64,000 nucleotides of DNA. Source: Lingula anatina (Eukaryota > Animalia > Brachiopoda). The position numbers were made by a program, and so were the translations under genes. The notes beneath the pieces were generated by a model. The model was not told where the DNA came from and searched no databases. It worked only from the letters and a program-made list of their open reading frames with translations. Below are positions 48,976-60,613 of the stretch, piece by piece. The DNA is taken from positions 18,108,848 to 18,172,847 of the forward strand of contig CM120643.1 in NCBI GenBank assembly GCA_051362555.1, given 5' to 3'. Within the stretch, counting starts at the first letter, position 1. Each line of letters opens with the position of its first letter.

Positions 48976-49671
48976 GGGGGGGGGGGGTGCATTAAATTAG
49001 ATCATCCAATTACTATAAGCTTTTTACTGCATCAGTTGTCTTTCACTTACCACTTGTCAGTAATTGGTTGGCCTATCACCCAAGGAATGTTTTAATGAGA
49101 AAGATCAGTGGAATGCAGTTCAGCCTATTTATAAGTTTTGTTTAGAGATCACAAGTTTAATTTATGTTGTTTATAGTACTAAACTTATTATATAAATCTT
49201 CCTGATTTTTCTAGTACTTACTCTCTGCCACCTTCACCAGTTTTGGACAAAAAGATATTTGACCACCATAGCTATGAAGTACAAAAGGAGAAAAAGTCCA
49301 CGCTGACACGTAAGGTGACCATCATGGACAAAGACAAGGATCATGAGACACGCCGGTCAACACTGTCCAGAATCTTTTCAAATGACAAGGACAAAGATAA
49401 GACCAACCACCACCATCATCACGGCAAGAAACACCTGTCGTTAACAAGAAAGTTCTCCAAAGGTAAAGGTGATGCCTCAAAATTGCAGGGGCCAATGATG
49501 GACGTTTGTAGAGACTGTAAAGAAATGGTGCTCAACGTAATACGTGCTAGTCGGACAACGCTTTCTGCGACGTCATCTTCCACGCCCTCTGCACCAAAAC
49601 CGGCCAACCCGGTATCACGAAAGCCTTCCAGACAGTTTCACCTCGATTTGAAGCCAATCTATAAATTTTAG
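354..49671 (+). CDS. spire: Protein Spire homolog (actin nucleator), 15 coding exons, ~804 aa
   Basis: Exons: 354-606, 17369-17382, 18408-18650, 19082-19207, 19783-19839, 20833-20991, 21503-21589, 21908-22022, 44552-44655, 46184-46283, 46413-46777, 47738-47872, 48192-48293, 48538-48635, 49215-49671. All introns are GT-AG with compatible phases; total 2415 nt = 805 codons. Motifs: KIND ([21 protein letters not shown]; [11 protein letters not shown]), WH2 cluster (LRKGVKLK; [12 protein letters not shown]; [15 protein letters not shown]; [10 protein letters not shown]), [19 protein letters not shown]-type cysteines. Confidence 0.95.
4742..4771. repeat. (GA)n microsatellite
   Basis: Visible directly in the sequence. 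Confidence 0.9.
7101..7304. repeat. Compound palindromic element (possible non-autonomous TE)
   Basis: Perfect 18-bp inverted repeat GTCAGCGAGGGTTATGTG (7114-7131 / 7163-7180) around CACGAGTGCGAAGCACGAGTG, then a second 11-bp inverted repeat TTAGACCACGG (7197-7207 / 7294-7304). Confidence 0.7.
7914..9186 (+). pseudogene. Relic spliced + strand unit in the Kolobok-like element; last exon is an L2/CR1-like fragment
   Basis: Exons 7914-7988 (donor GTAAGC), 8434-8481 (donor GTATGT) and 8986 onwards; the reading frame is not maintained across the junctions. Confidence 0.4.
8986..9186 (+). mobile_element. L2/CR1-clade LINE ORF2 C-terminal fragment
   Basis: [41 protein letters not shown] resembles the SY-EAL...L--RR--LC...H-LHHLLP tail of L2/CR1 ORF2. 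Confidence 0.55.
10230..12567 (-). pseudogene. Relic spliced transposase-like gene inside the Kolobok-like element
   Basis: Exons ~12567-12316, 11415-11286 and 10582 onwards have good splice sites. [14 protein letters not shown]...LAAKYLLD and [15 protein letters not shown] resemble, from recall, Kolobok-type transposase motifs (R-INIG...W...LA-FLLD; IVFESCL-ELF). Stops and frameshifts are present. Confidence 0.55.
12593..12611. promoter_or_regulatory. TCTCGCGAGA palindrome adjacent to an ETS site (CCGGAAGT); promoter-like
   Basis: Exact motifs at 12593-12602 and 12604-12611 in a CpG-rich patch just upstream of the - strand relic gene. Confidence 0.55.
14599..14747. mobile_element. MITE, PIF/Harbinger-like
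   Basis: TIR GGCTCCGTAACT / AGTTACGGAGCC with CAG on both sides (3-bp TSD). Confidence 0.7.
15997..16030. repeat. (TG)n microsatellite
   Basis: Visible directly in the sequence. Confidence 0.9.
16908..16970. repeat. 21-bp minisatellite, 3 copies
   Basis: GCATGTTATGTATGTGTGAGT repeated three times. Confidence 0.85.
17369..17382 (+). CDS. spire: Spire 14-nt micro-exon 2 ((S)TECQ)
   Basis: Long polypyrimidine tract + TAG acceptor and GTATGT donor; converts exon 1 phase 1 into the phase 0 needed by exon 3. Confidence 0.8.
18408..18650 (+). CDS. spire: Spire exon 3 (KIND)
   Basis: [36 protein letters not shown]...; 243 nt, phase 0/0. Confidence 0.93.
19082..19207 (+). CDS. spire: Spire exon 4 (KIND C-terminal part)
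   Basis: [34 protein letters not shown]...; matches the Spire HYxAVCRAL motif. Confidence 0.93.
19783..19839 (+). CDS. spire: Spire exon 5 (putative myosin-V tail-binding motif region)
   Basis: [19 protein letters not shown]; resembles vertebrate LxxLQNADW. Confidence 0.88.
20088..20261. mobile_element. MITE with internal 15-bp repeats and 8-bp TSD
   Basis: GGGGCCGTAGCGATAGTC ... GACTATCGAGACGCCCCC; repeated (A)GGTTCATTGGTCCGA units in both orientations; GATAAATT on both flanks. Confidence 0.8.
20833..20991 (+). CDS. spire: Spire exon 6 (WH2-A/B)
   Basis: [20 protein letters not shown]...[24 protein letters not shown]. Confidence 0.95.
21281..21453. mobile_element. MITE copy 1 (family shared with 63388-63560)
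   Basis: TIR CTGGGGTAG(G/C)GCTA; CACAAT on both flanks; colinear with the reverse complement of 63388-63560. Confidence 0.8.
21503..21589 (+). CDS. spire: Spire exon 7 (WH2-C)
   Basis: [29 protein letters not shown]. Confidence 0.95.
21908..22022 (+). CDS. spire: Spire exon 8 (WH2-D), ends in phase 1
   Basis: [38 protein letters not shown]+G; donor GTAAGA. Confidence 0.92.
23997..24026. repeat. (TC)n microsatellite
   Basis: Visible directly in the sequence. Confidence 0.9.
25419..26236 (+). CDS. Intronless Rab3-like small GTPase ORF nested in Spire intron 8 (candidate alternative terminal exon of Spire, or stand-alone gene from ATG 25475)
   Basis: G1 GGSNVGKS, G2 TIGIDF, G3 WDTAGQERY, Rab3-like [22 protein letters not shown]4 GHKCD, G5 EASAK, C-terminal CKC prenylation motif. 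Acceptor ...ttttaaccaatccatAG at 25417-25418 opens the ORF in phase 1. Confidence 0.92.
32463..32658. mobile_element. Degenerate MITE / inverted repeat with ~55-bp arms
   Basis: TGGGGACTCCTGCTGAATGCA versus TGCATTCAGCATGAGTCCCCA, with flanking partial complementarity. Confidence 0.6.
37667..37973. mobile_element. MITE with ~78-bp near-perfect TIRs
   Basis: CAGGCCTACCCAACTACCAGACTCGGCACCGAATGATCCTGAAT... and its reverse complement; GTATA on both flanks. Confidence 0.88.
39014..39264. mobile_element. Palindromic MITE (Harbinger-like terminus GGCTGCGTTCACA)
   Basis: Nearly the whole 250 bp folds back on itself. Confidence 0.85.
40985..41136. mobile_element. Short TIR element
   Basis: CAGGCCCATAGCCAG / CTGGCTATGGGCCTG; AGGGGG on both flanks. 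Confidence 0.7.
41644..42033 (+). CDS. Small single-exon ORF (129 aa) with a KH-like domain, nested in Spire intron 8
   Basis: Coding-like composition and CpG content in AT-rich surroundings; [23 protein letters not shown]...[17 protein letters not shown] resembles the type-I KH pattern (GxxG loop, then I-x-G-x-x-x-x-V); strong acceptor at 41422-41423 upstream. Confidence 0.55.
   Translation: MKLTEKDIHDLASEGVHEPPQNIELFDIVTAHFHPDIIKGPLGKNLKMVCKELNVSFDLDVTYHTDGPKEFFIHGPFQDIVKSYQILCMMHGHLLKRNEKQSKHEKVVPVEHSRLGTPAGKKIHHCKRG
43989..44152. mobile_element. Short TIR element
   Basis: CAGGGGCAGAT / ATCTGCCCCTG; TGCAA on both flanks; related terminus (CATGGGCGGATCCAGG) at ~8508. Confidence 0.7.
44552..44655 (+). 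CDS. spire: Spire exon 9
   Basis: (V)[34 protein letters not shown]; phase 1 in, phase 0 out; RRLIKA motif as in other Spire proteins. Confidence 0.85.
46184..46283 (+). CDS. spire: Spire exon 10
   Basis: [33 protein letters not shown]+G; phase 0 in, phase 1 out. Confidence 0.8.
46413..46777 (+). CDS. spire: Spire exon 11 (possible alternative in-frame donor at 46505)
   Basis: (V)[26 protein letters not shown]...; ERRHSI motif; donor GTGAGT at 46778, phase 0. Confidence 0.75.
47738..47872 (+). CDS. spire: Spire exon 12 (Spir-box)
   Basis: [28 protein letters not shown]...VSKGK. Confidence 0.93.
48192..48293 (+). CDS. spire: Spire exon 13 (modified FYVE zinc finger)
   Basis: [34 protein letters not shown]. 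Confidence 0.95.
48538..48635 (+). CDS. spire: Spire exon 14
   Basis: [25 protein letters not shown]...; phase 2 out. Confidence 0.92.
49215..49671 (+). CDS. spire: Spire terminal exon 15
   Basis: Contains the last FYVE cysteine pair ([15 protein letters not shown]) and C-terminal [15 protein letters not shown]; phase 2 in. Confidence 0.9.
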
Positions 49672-52600
49672 AGTTGGATGTGGCTGCTACATGGAATTCT
49701 CTGTGAAATGCTTGTCATATAGAGGTTGCCAGAAGTTTCTGATGTAGATTTTGTATAGGGCTGACCAGCTGGCTTTTATTATTCAGGTGCATTTACAGCC
49801 ATATTAGGTTGACCTCTTTTGGAACTACCCACAACATTGATCTTATGATTAATTTAATTGAAAACCTACCAGTGACAGTAAATGTGTTCACTCAGGGGCT
49901 GGCTTCACAAAAAACACAAAAAAACAACTTGTTTTAACTCAAAGACTGAAATGTTTCGTGTGCCGTGACCCCCGACTACCATCATGCCTGCTGGGTAGAG
50001 TTGAAGACCACCTTTAGGGAAAGGAGGGTTAACATTTACTGTGCATGGTTTTAACTGATGTATACTGCTCACAGAAAAAGTTTTCACGGAGTTGAGTTGA
50101 CCCAATGTGACTTTAAACTCACCTGTATTATTCAGATTGTTTGTCTTCAGATGAATATCCTAGAGTAGAGAGAAACAAAATGACCTCTTAGGAAATCAAC
50201 ATATTTAGTCTGTGTTACCATGATGATGTATATATACCGACAGTTTGTTATAATGGCAGTACTATACAGTGTAACATAATGTCATCACATCATTAGATCC
50301 CTTTTAATATCTGTATGTTAGCAACTTTTTACAGTAACTGACAAAGAACTGCTTGACATGAAGCAAAAGAGATTGAAAACCTGGACAGGTTTCAAAGTAA
50401 AACATAATATACACTCAAGTTGTAATTAATACAGGTATTGTGTCTATGATGTAAATGTTTCATGTATGTATGATTTTTGATGTGTATACAGGAAAAATGT
50501 GCTTCCATATTATCTTACAGTGAAAAGCAACAGTGATGATGGTTTATTATTATCTATGATTATTTTAAATTAGTTGGCCTGAAGAGATGTCGTTCATAAT
50601 AATAATACTGGCATGTATAATAAAGTAAGGGTGCTACTCGTATTCCGCCAAGTTAGTTAATAACACTGCGCTAGCAGGGTAAATTTTTGGCAAAAATAGG
50701 GCTAGAAATGTAAATTAATGTATATTATTTTTTTTCCATCTTTGAGATATTCCAAGAGCCATGACCTTTGATTTTGCAAATGCTCTACAAGAGATACAAT
50801 TTCTTTTCTTTTCTTTTTTTGCTTTAAATTTGTGTTATTTGTTAGTAATAATGATATTCTACGTCAAAGGACGGCTCTTGAAATTAAAAACACGGCTGTT
50901 GAGTTTTGGCTCCTGTTTTACCTAAGATATTTGATTATGTAATTATATATTTTTATATTCAATTTGGTTGTGAAGTTTTATTAGGTATATTTCCATTTAT
51001 TTCATATCACTATACTATAAAATGGGTAAAATTATATAGCTGTTTTTGGACAAGTTGACTGTACAGCTAATTTTTGGGGTGTGAATTTAAGTGACTCACA
51101 TTTTAAATAATTAAAGCTTCCTTAGGCAAATGGTACCAGAAGGATAAGGCATTTTGCTATGTATTTGTCTAAAAATGTTCCCCTTGTTTTTTTCTTCAAT
51201 GATAATAGTGTGCAAACTAGTTTGATGACAAAAAATAAGAATATTTTAACACGTTATAATACAATAGCCAAACTTGGTCGTAATTCACATTTCATTTGCT
51301 TCAAGTTGGCAGTAAGTTGTCCCAGGTGCAACTTACAATCCTTAGTAGATCTTGACTTTTAGAAGAAAAAATTAGTCTACTTTATTTCAATATCGACCTG
51401 TAATGGCCCACCGTAGTGAAGTAGTCAAAGATCTAAAACGGTTCCTCTCTTGTCTTAAAAAGGCGCCATGTTTCATTGAAATTAACCACTACTGATGTAT
51501 TGTGGGTAAGAGTAGACTAAATTTCTGAATGTTTAGATCAAGTTTTGGTCGTAAGTTGATTGTGCAATGGACCCTTGGAGATGATATTTCCAAGAAGGGC
51601 ATTATCTCTTGAGGTAAGGTATTAGAAAGTGACATTAAAAACTAAGAACTTGTAACTTGGACAAAGAATAAAGGATGGCCCAAGTATTGATAACTGCAGC
51701 TACATATAATATGTTATAGCTCTTAACTGAACTCCTAGTCTTCGTGGGTAAAAAAAATTCTTTCAGAAAGCTATTTTGAAAATTTTTCTTAAGCCTACAT
51801 TTCCGCAGGTGGTATAAGATGAAACCATAGAGAGAAGACAACCTCCCCAACTTCAGCCCACGCATGCGCGACACAAGCTCGGCCTGCAAGATTTGCAGTT
51901 GGCATTCTTTTTCTACTTCTATGAAAATTGTATTTAGTTTCATCATAGAAGTACAGAAATACAATTTCCCCTTGCAATTGTTTGACATTGGAAGTAGCTG
52001 TGGCATCTGTATTTATATTACGTGTGGGTGCTATGCCATTTCTTCAACATGAGCTTGGTTCGTAGGTTGAAAAGTGATCATATATGTCACCCATGTGGTC
52101 ATAATGAGAAAACGCACAACTTGACATTAGTACAGGCAAGTTACTCTATGTTCTAAATATCTTTACTATTGTTATGCTGCCTAAACCACCACAGATGGAA
52201 GGAAAAGAGGCTAGTAACAGGTTCAAACATTATGATAATCACCACAAGACCCCTGAACCAGGCTCATACAGGAACCGTGCAATGCTATCTACGATACTGC
52301 TCCTGTCTAATGATTTTGTCAAAAGTTTTAGCTTGATAAAAATCGTAGAGGCTACGGAGACCATGAATCTGTTTGATTTTGTTCAATTTCACACAGCCTT
52401 CATCTTCTGTTGCCACAGAACGGGGATTTGCAGGCAATACATGGACACCTCATGGCAATTAATGTAATCTAGGCTTTAATGTGGTACCGTTATGATTGTT
52501 TTTTGAGATTTAAACCATCTGTGAATGTCTAACTGATGATATTGAAGTTGGAAAAAAAAAAAAAGTAAAAAACTTGACAAAAATATATCTAAACTTTATA

Positions 52601-54624
52601 AAACTTGCAATGATCACACTTCAATGTTTATTTTTCTATAACTAATTACAAAGTATAAATTTGAGACCTTGGGTCCACAGATTAAATTGACAAACTGTAT
52701 GAGAAAAAAATAATAAAATAATGAAATAAGCAGATATAAAACATATCATAAAACTAAACAATTCTTATTTATATAGTACCATGTCATTAAATGACAATTA
52801 ACTTGACAACATCTACAAAAGTGTACATATCTGAATCATAAAATAAGATTGTCATTTTTAGTAACATTTCAGTGATGATAATCCTTTACTTTGAATAATC
52901 ACTTTTGAACAAAATCTCCCTTTACTCTATTCACAAGAGTTTTTATACATCCTAATTGATTATCACGACTTAAACATTATTCGATACAAGTTCTTGAAAC
53001 CATGAACAACTTATAGAAAAGATTGTCAAATTTATCCTCAACTGCTGATCAAATTTATCCTCAACTCCTGATCATTTATTACAAATACAAATACATTCCT
53101 ATATAACACATGCATAATATATTATCCATTTAATATAATGCTTGTTTGAATGCATATTTTGATTTTAATGGGAGTGTTGAATAAGTTCATTAACTACATA
53201 ATTTTGAATGCTAAATTTTATCAAAAGTGGTTACTAATGGAATAGCAGAAGTCAAAATTTCGTTTAAGTATTAACTGAGATAAGCAACTGAGAAAAGAAT
53301 ATTTACTATAAAAAAAGTTTTTAAAAAATTCATAAGGTGTCCCAACATGATGTCATAATATCTTTTAAAGCAATTGTAATTATGTAATCACTGAATTTCA
53401 TTGATCAAAACGAAAGCCTGACATCTTGGTTTGAATTTTTAAACAAGTCTTCAAATTTATTACAAAATTTGACAATTGAAACTTAATAACTATTAAGTTT
53501 TTTTTTCATATCTTTAAATTGACCCTGCAAAATGATCCCCCACCATGTGTTGTTTGTGCAATTACTCCAATTTTCTTCCAAAAATTTTAACATTTTGTAT
53601 AAATTTTTGCATTTGGAAACTTTAACCTAATTCACTTGATGAGGGATACTTTCTGGACATTTGTTTTTGAATTTAAATAGATTTTTTTATTTCAATTTGT
53701 TAGAATAATTAAAAAAATTATCATAAAATGCTTGCAGAAGAACCAATAAGAATTCAACAATTATCTTTGGCCAAAGAAACCCTGAAAACATGATTTCACA
53801 AACAAGGAGGTTACCTTTAATATATATGAAAAAATAAGCAGAATTATGATTATAATAACAGTAACTACAATATACAATGTTGATATGTATCTTAAATTCA
53901 CCTAATCACAGACTATTCTTCATTGTTTTAAAGTAGAGTTACAGTCAATTACTGTTACTTTGATATTAACATGATTGTATGTAGATTATGAATAGTTTAA
54001 AAGCAAATGTAAAGGATATTTTACATCTTAACTTCTCTGAGACCTAAGCAAGTAAATGTAAAAATACACCAACCTGACCGATTTGTCACTGTGACAATAC
54101 TACAACATGACTTACCAACAACAGTAACAGCATGGAGTATAAGATACAAAGGCCACTTTGCTGGTTTTAGCACTGAAATCGATGGGCTTGCAAGTCTTCT
54201 GCATTTAAGAGTATTTTACACATTATTCACCACTAATTAATTGTTCACATGTTAATTTTACATCTTTGGTGGATTCAGAATTCTATTCCAGACAGCACAG
54301 GGTGTAGGGTGGCGTGGAATGGGGTGAACTGGTTTTTCTTTCATTAAAAAAATGTGGCACTTAATTTTAGTTGACTACTTATTCTGATGTCAGAATCCCC
54401 ATGACGACCATATAAATATGTTCATAAGCTAACAGTGATTTTTCAATGAAAGCATCAGCTATCAATCGGGGCACAAATGGCAGGAATGATATCATGACAT
54501 TTAAGACTGACATTCTACTTGCGTTACTATTTCAGGAAACGAAATTGAAAAGTTTAAGAGGAGTGTGGTAAACATCACCACAACACCCTCCCATATCTGA
54601 TTATCAGTGGCTTACAGTATTCCT

Positions 54625-55822
54625 TTAGTCCACCTCCATAGAATTATCTCCACTTCCAAAATCGAATAAAGCACGGGCAAGGTCTTCCTTTTCTGCAGCT
54701 AGTGTCTCACAGATACGTTCCATCTTCACTCCCTGTTCGATAACTGTCCTCCCTAATTGACTCATGCTTGACAGGGGAAGATTTGGGTAACCTCTCGTGA
54801 AAAGGAGAACAAGACGACCGAATTTATCGAAACATGGTGAACCTGAAGCTCCATGCATAAAACTTGTCTGTAGAAGCTGCAGATTTTGATTCTCCACTCC
54901 CTCATATGCAGCTGGACCAAATGCAATTTTCCCATTGGTCAGAATTTCTTTAGTTTCAGAATCATCAAGGCTTTTCAATGGGCAACGATAATCTAACTTT
55001 TTAATGTCGCCATTATTGTGTCCAATGATATGCACATAGTCTGTGGTTGCTGCAACTCCCCACCGTGGGGCGCAGTCCAAGACAACCTCAGTTTTGAGTT
55101 TGAGAATGGCCACATCTAGTTCTTTATTAGACCAAACTATATCTGGTTCCAGTCCAAGCCACTCAGTGCTGTGCTGACTGTAAAGATCCTCAAACTGGAA
55201 TGACACCTTGGTCTGAGTTTTATCACCAAGAACTCTGACATCATTTCCTACATCTGAAAAAAAAATAGTATGCGTACATGGGCACTCAATTATATAAGAA
55301 ATGTGATAAAGAATTTCATAATAGATCATATATGAAATTCAATCAGTTATAGTTCACATAAATTATGACTGAGTTCCAGTTTCAGCAGTATCCATCAGTA
55401 TTTGACTTACTCTCATAACTGAGATGGAAACTGGCGAATGGCACTTGCAATGGTACAAAAAAGACCTATACATAGTAATTTTCTGAGCCTTTTTGGACAG
55501 ATAATTTTAAAATACTCTGATAACTGAAGGACATAATGCAACTTTCACGACATTTTTCCTGTATATCGTATGCCTTTAAAGCGATCTTGTTAGTTAAAAA
55601 ACTTACTAAGAAAAATCATTTCTAAAACATGTAGATTGGTCATGATGAACTCCTTTCCCAGCTGAAAACAACTTCCTGTTACACCACAAGGTCCAACAAG
55701 TATCCCCACATATTTGCTATACTCCATGATTTTCCTGAGAAGGCTGATTGTCTCGCTGTTATCTTCATTTTTAGTGAAAAGAGCCGTCATCTGGTGCTTA
55801 ATGTTGCCTTCCTTGTCCCCTC
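54625..55822 (-). CDS. Two terminal exons (55607-55822, 54625-55253) encoding a FAM111-like trypsin (S1) protease
   Basis: His motif GSCFQLGKEFIMTNLHVL, Asp motif ELDVAILKL, IIGHNNGDIKKLD, Ser motif TSFMHGASGSPCFD, IEQG; catalytic triad intact. Confidence 0.88.
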
Positions 55823-58112
55823 CTTTCAAAAGAAGTCAAAAATGCAATGTGTGTGTTTCTATTTTAGAGTGAAAAAAAAAAGCAAATCCAGGATTTTAAT
55901 TAAGAAGTGAAAGGAGGTGGGTGGGCAGTCAACAACGACAATTTAAACTGTTTTTCTTGTGTCATCTGGATCTTTCTTGTGTTGGAAAAAAATAAGGAAA
56001 CTTAAAGAAAAGTGAAAATTGCAAAAAATTATCCTTAAATCATCTTATGCTAAATAAGAAGATAAACAGAAAGACAATTTGCATTCAACATTGTTACTTA
56101 GCATTAGTATCCCCACATGACCTAATAGTATACAGTCGTGCTTCTTTTATTTCTGATTTATCTCATTGTTTACTGAATGCTGAAACTTCAGTCACTTTCT
56201 AAGAGGGCGGGGGGGGGGGGGGGAACAAAATTAAGGCTTTTTACATTTTATTTAGGACAGGAACAGAGGGTTGGGTGGGTGGAGGGGGGAGGGAAGGGAT
56301 GCAGGAAGAGGGGGTGTAGGTGGGGAATACTCACCAATTGGTTTGACATCCATTTCATGCTTGACACATATAACTTGTTTATTGACTTCCACTCTTTGGC
56401 GCAAACAGACATCACAGAGGAATCGACAGCCACAGGTCATGGGGGTAATGGCTGAAATCACATTTGGAATGATACACGGTTGCTTCTGAATATCTTTGGG
56501 GACGCACAGAACATGTTGATTCCTGGACTAACAGATCCGCGGATCAAATATGGCCGACCCACTCGAAAGCATGCCACATAATAGACACTGAACAGATTCT
56601 TGCATGGACTATGCAGCAAACTTTTAAGAGTGTCGGCCATATGTCATCCACAGACCTGTTAGTCTACAGATCAACTTTGGTTGTGAATGCTGCCTTAGAC
56701 AGGATTGCAGGCAGAAATTTCAAATGGAGAATTCTTCTTTTTTTTTGATGGTGTACCCTTTACCTCCATTAGCTGATCCAACTTAAGAAATGGCTTACAA
56801 GCAAGAAAGATCAAATGCTGATTTGGAATGGACCTTTGCAGTCCCTCAGTATCTGCCCTGTCTACAGGCTGTCAGCCAGCTGAGACAGAATACTATATTT
56901 ATAACAATATTTGCTTTCTAATTCTTGCACTGCATTTACACCTGAGGGTAGCCCATTCTGATGTCTCCTCTGATCTTTCTAGAAACATGAAAATACCAAC
57001 TGTGAATCTGGGATTATAAAAAAACCCACAAAAATCAATCCAAAAATCCATTCCCAATTGCATAAATATATTATAAAATATGATCTAAGAGCTGGTACAT
57101 AAAGTTTCATCTTTATCTTCGTATATCTTTAGTGCATTTAATTTCGAGGCCCAATTCCAAATTTAACTGCTGCTAGTTTGGTAAAACATTTTTGGGAATG
57201 GATTCTTGTCACAACTAATGGGAACAACTTATCAAGACAGGATGCACAACACAAAATCACGAAATGTTCAGTTCTGACAAAATAGCTTTTTACCTGATTC
57301 GCTTCAAACTACATATATCCTAGTAAAAGTTGAAATCAACTAATTATAAGTATAATTTACTGTCGCTTATTTTAATGTATAATGATGCCTATTATCTGAT
57401 ATAATGATCATCTCTGGCTTTGTGAGATAAAATACAAAATCACTATTAATAATGTCACGGTACAAAAAATATCAGTTTTGCAAAACTGTGCAAAGTCACC
57501 ATGTTTTGTGTGTCACTTTTGTATTGCTGTCTAAGAGTTAACCCCACCTCAGGCAGAAACTCTTACAATTTCTAGTCTCGTATAACATCATGCAGTGCTC
57601 ACAGCCTCATTATGGCTGATTTCAGTTGACTTCCATTACAGCGGATTATGGTAATTACTAGATCTTTTCAATGGGGGAAAATTGTGAATTTTACAGATAA
57701 TTTCCTAAAATGAAAACACTCCTATAGAGTGGTAGCAACAAAATTAAAGAGCAGGCACTCCTATAGTTCTTTTCTATGCAGTAAAAGCAGATCAAATGGT
57801 TTACAGAAATAAAATTAATTTTGATACTTAAAAATTATGTACCTGAAAATTTGAAAATTTTTCCCCATTGAAAAGTTCCAGTCATTACGGTAAGTAACAG
57901 TACTTACCCACATCCTGTACCAAGCAATACAAGCAATGCCTGGCCTGAATCTTATCATCACGACAGGGCCCGGCATCATACAGGGAACTCCTTGGTAATT
58001 TGGCCTGGAAAAATATGTCATCGTTTTTCAAACAGATTTTTCAGTTATTTTAAATGACTTGGATTTAACATTTCATGAACAAATTTTTAATAAAAAGATT
58101 TGGTTTATGTTT

Positions 58113-58175
<63 letters not shown>

Positions 58176-60578
58176 GTGTGTGTGGGGGGGGGGGGGATTA
58201 ATCATAAAATCTTCTAAGACCAATACTGTAGTCAATTTACAATAATTGGTTAAATATTTTTCCTTATCAAATTTAAAGACTGGTTCAACTTAGAGTGTAA
58301 ATTGACTAGTGGCACCTGACATCTCCCAGAAAATCCATTTTCAAATTTTTACCTTGTAAAGCTTCATCAGTCTTTCACTGACTTCCTGAACTGTGAACCT
58401 ATCATCGGGATCTTTTCTGAGACAGTTGGCAATGATTTGAGCATATTCCTGAGCCACATCCACGGGCCATTCCTGAAAATTCACAGTACAACAACAAGTG
58501 CTTGTTTGATTCCAAACAAAGTTCACTTACAAAATACTAGGTTCTGAATCAACTGGTTTTAAATTAATTTACTGTTTTGAGGACGAAACTCAACTGTCGC
58601 TTTTTTTTTTTCGTCTTACCAAGCGTTTATCCATGATTTTGGATAGTTTTCCTTTAATCTTGGTTGGTTTGAGAAACCCCTCACGGTCCCACTTCTCATG
58701 GATTCGTCTTCTCTTGTCATCTTCCTCCAGAGCTGTCACATTGGTCAGCAGTTCTAAGAACACTGGAACATAGTTTATCAATATTAATAATAATAATATA
58801 CAAGAAGAACCTACACATGCATATACAAAATTATGAAATACACATTTTAAAAACATTTATACTACAAAAATTATTTTTAAAGAATTAAAATAAATGAAAT
58901 ACAAATTTAAAGTTTCCTATAAAATTCAGCAATTTTTTATTTTTAAATAAAATTAAAATGAGCGAGATTCATACCCAATTCAAACTGTTGAGAAAATCAC
59001 AATGTAATATGAACCATTTTTTCAATTTTTTTAAATTTTTATCATGATGAATGAAATTCACCAGTCTCCACTTTTAACATATGTGACTCAAAAATTTAGA
59101 AACTTAGAACTCAAAAACTGGTTCACAGATCCTTGGTAATAAGGTAAAAGTGCTGACATTTCAAGGAAAATAACTACTTTAAATTAAAAAAAAAAAGACT
59201 TATTAAATGTTATTGTGTGACTAAGCCTGCTGTTTAGCTAGCTCATAAACGTTAGACTGAAAGTGGGACATACCAACTCCCTGATCTCAGCATCTTTGAA
59301 AAAAAAAACTATTTTTTTTATTATTGAATAATAAAAAAAGGGATTATACTAACCAACTCCAAGACCATAGCAGTCTGTTTTTTCAGTAGGTGTTCCATGG
59401 CTTAGATAATCAGGGTCCTGATAGCCAAGAGAAAAACGTGTCTCTGTGGAAACAAGAATAAAATTTTCCATCACCTAAACAATCAATGGAAAATACTGTC
59501 AATCTCGCATATAATGGACTGGACTGAGACTTTGAATTCATTACATCATAAGTGAGTTACCAGTTGATGCCAGTCCCTTATTATTGAGGTCTACAGTAAC
59601 TGTATGTTACATACACAATGAATCATGATACGAAAGAATCAAGATATAAATATTTCTTGATAGATTACATAATTTGGCCGATAGATTTATATTACAAAAA
59701 TTCTTATTTTCTGTATAGCATATGAGAAGCTTTTACTCCACAAAATATAACAATACTATAACATTTTTAACTTGTTGCTTCCACTCCATTTTCAGAAATG
59801 ATGACTTTAAAAATACAGCATCTGTAAAATTCACAGTTTTCCCCCCATTGAAAAGATCAAGGAATTACCACCATGATACTTACTGGACTGGGATATGTCA
59901 GATGTATAATGTCTCTTATAAGGCCGGGCAAAGCCTAAATCCCCCAGTCTGGCATTGAGCTGACTATCTAAGAAAACATTGGCTGACTTGATATCACGGT
60001 GATATATGCGGTTTGAGCTGTAACAGAAAAAAAATAAATGAATGAAAACTTTCGTGTTTTTTTTTTCATTGGTGTAAATAGTAAAAAAGAAAATTCCATA
60101 TTTTGCTTCCAACTTATATTTCTCCAGAAGCTTGGGAGTAATTTTCTTTTGAAGCTTGTAGAGGGAATGGGCCAGAAAATTTAAGCTGAATAAATTGAGT
60201 GGACTGAAGCGAGAATCCCTGCAGAGATAGACCAATCATGCTGGATCAATAACTTTTAAACTGAACACAGCCATAAATTCGCTGTTCAAAAACAGTGTCC
60301 AATGTCCCAAACCATTTTGTTTATTTAAGAAAAAAAAGGTTTACCCATCTTCCTGCAAGAACAACACTGCGTTGGCAAGCTGGGCACTGATTCTAAGACG
60401 GTGTTTCCAGTTCATCAGTTCTCTTGATTTCAAATTCTTCTTCAAATCACTGCCAGGCATCAAGATATACACAAGGCATTTTTGGTACCTTGAAATATAA
60501 TAAATTTTCATATAATAATATTTACTGAAATTTAACCAAGCCTTCTTTCTGTTTTTTTTTCTTTACAAACCATGTCAA

Positions 60579-60613
<35 letters not shown>

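Noticed and set aside
1671-53000. Most remaining 60-120 aa ORFs in the track
   Set aside because: AT-rich intronic/UTR sequence, microsatellite translations, or antisense shadows of real exons; no recognisable motifs
56458-56660. GC-richer stretch upstream of the RING exon as an extra coding exon
   Set aside because: Its open frame stops before the RING exon and is not needed for phase; acceptor 56452-56453 gives correct RING spacing
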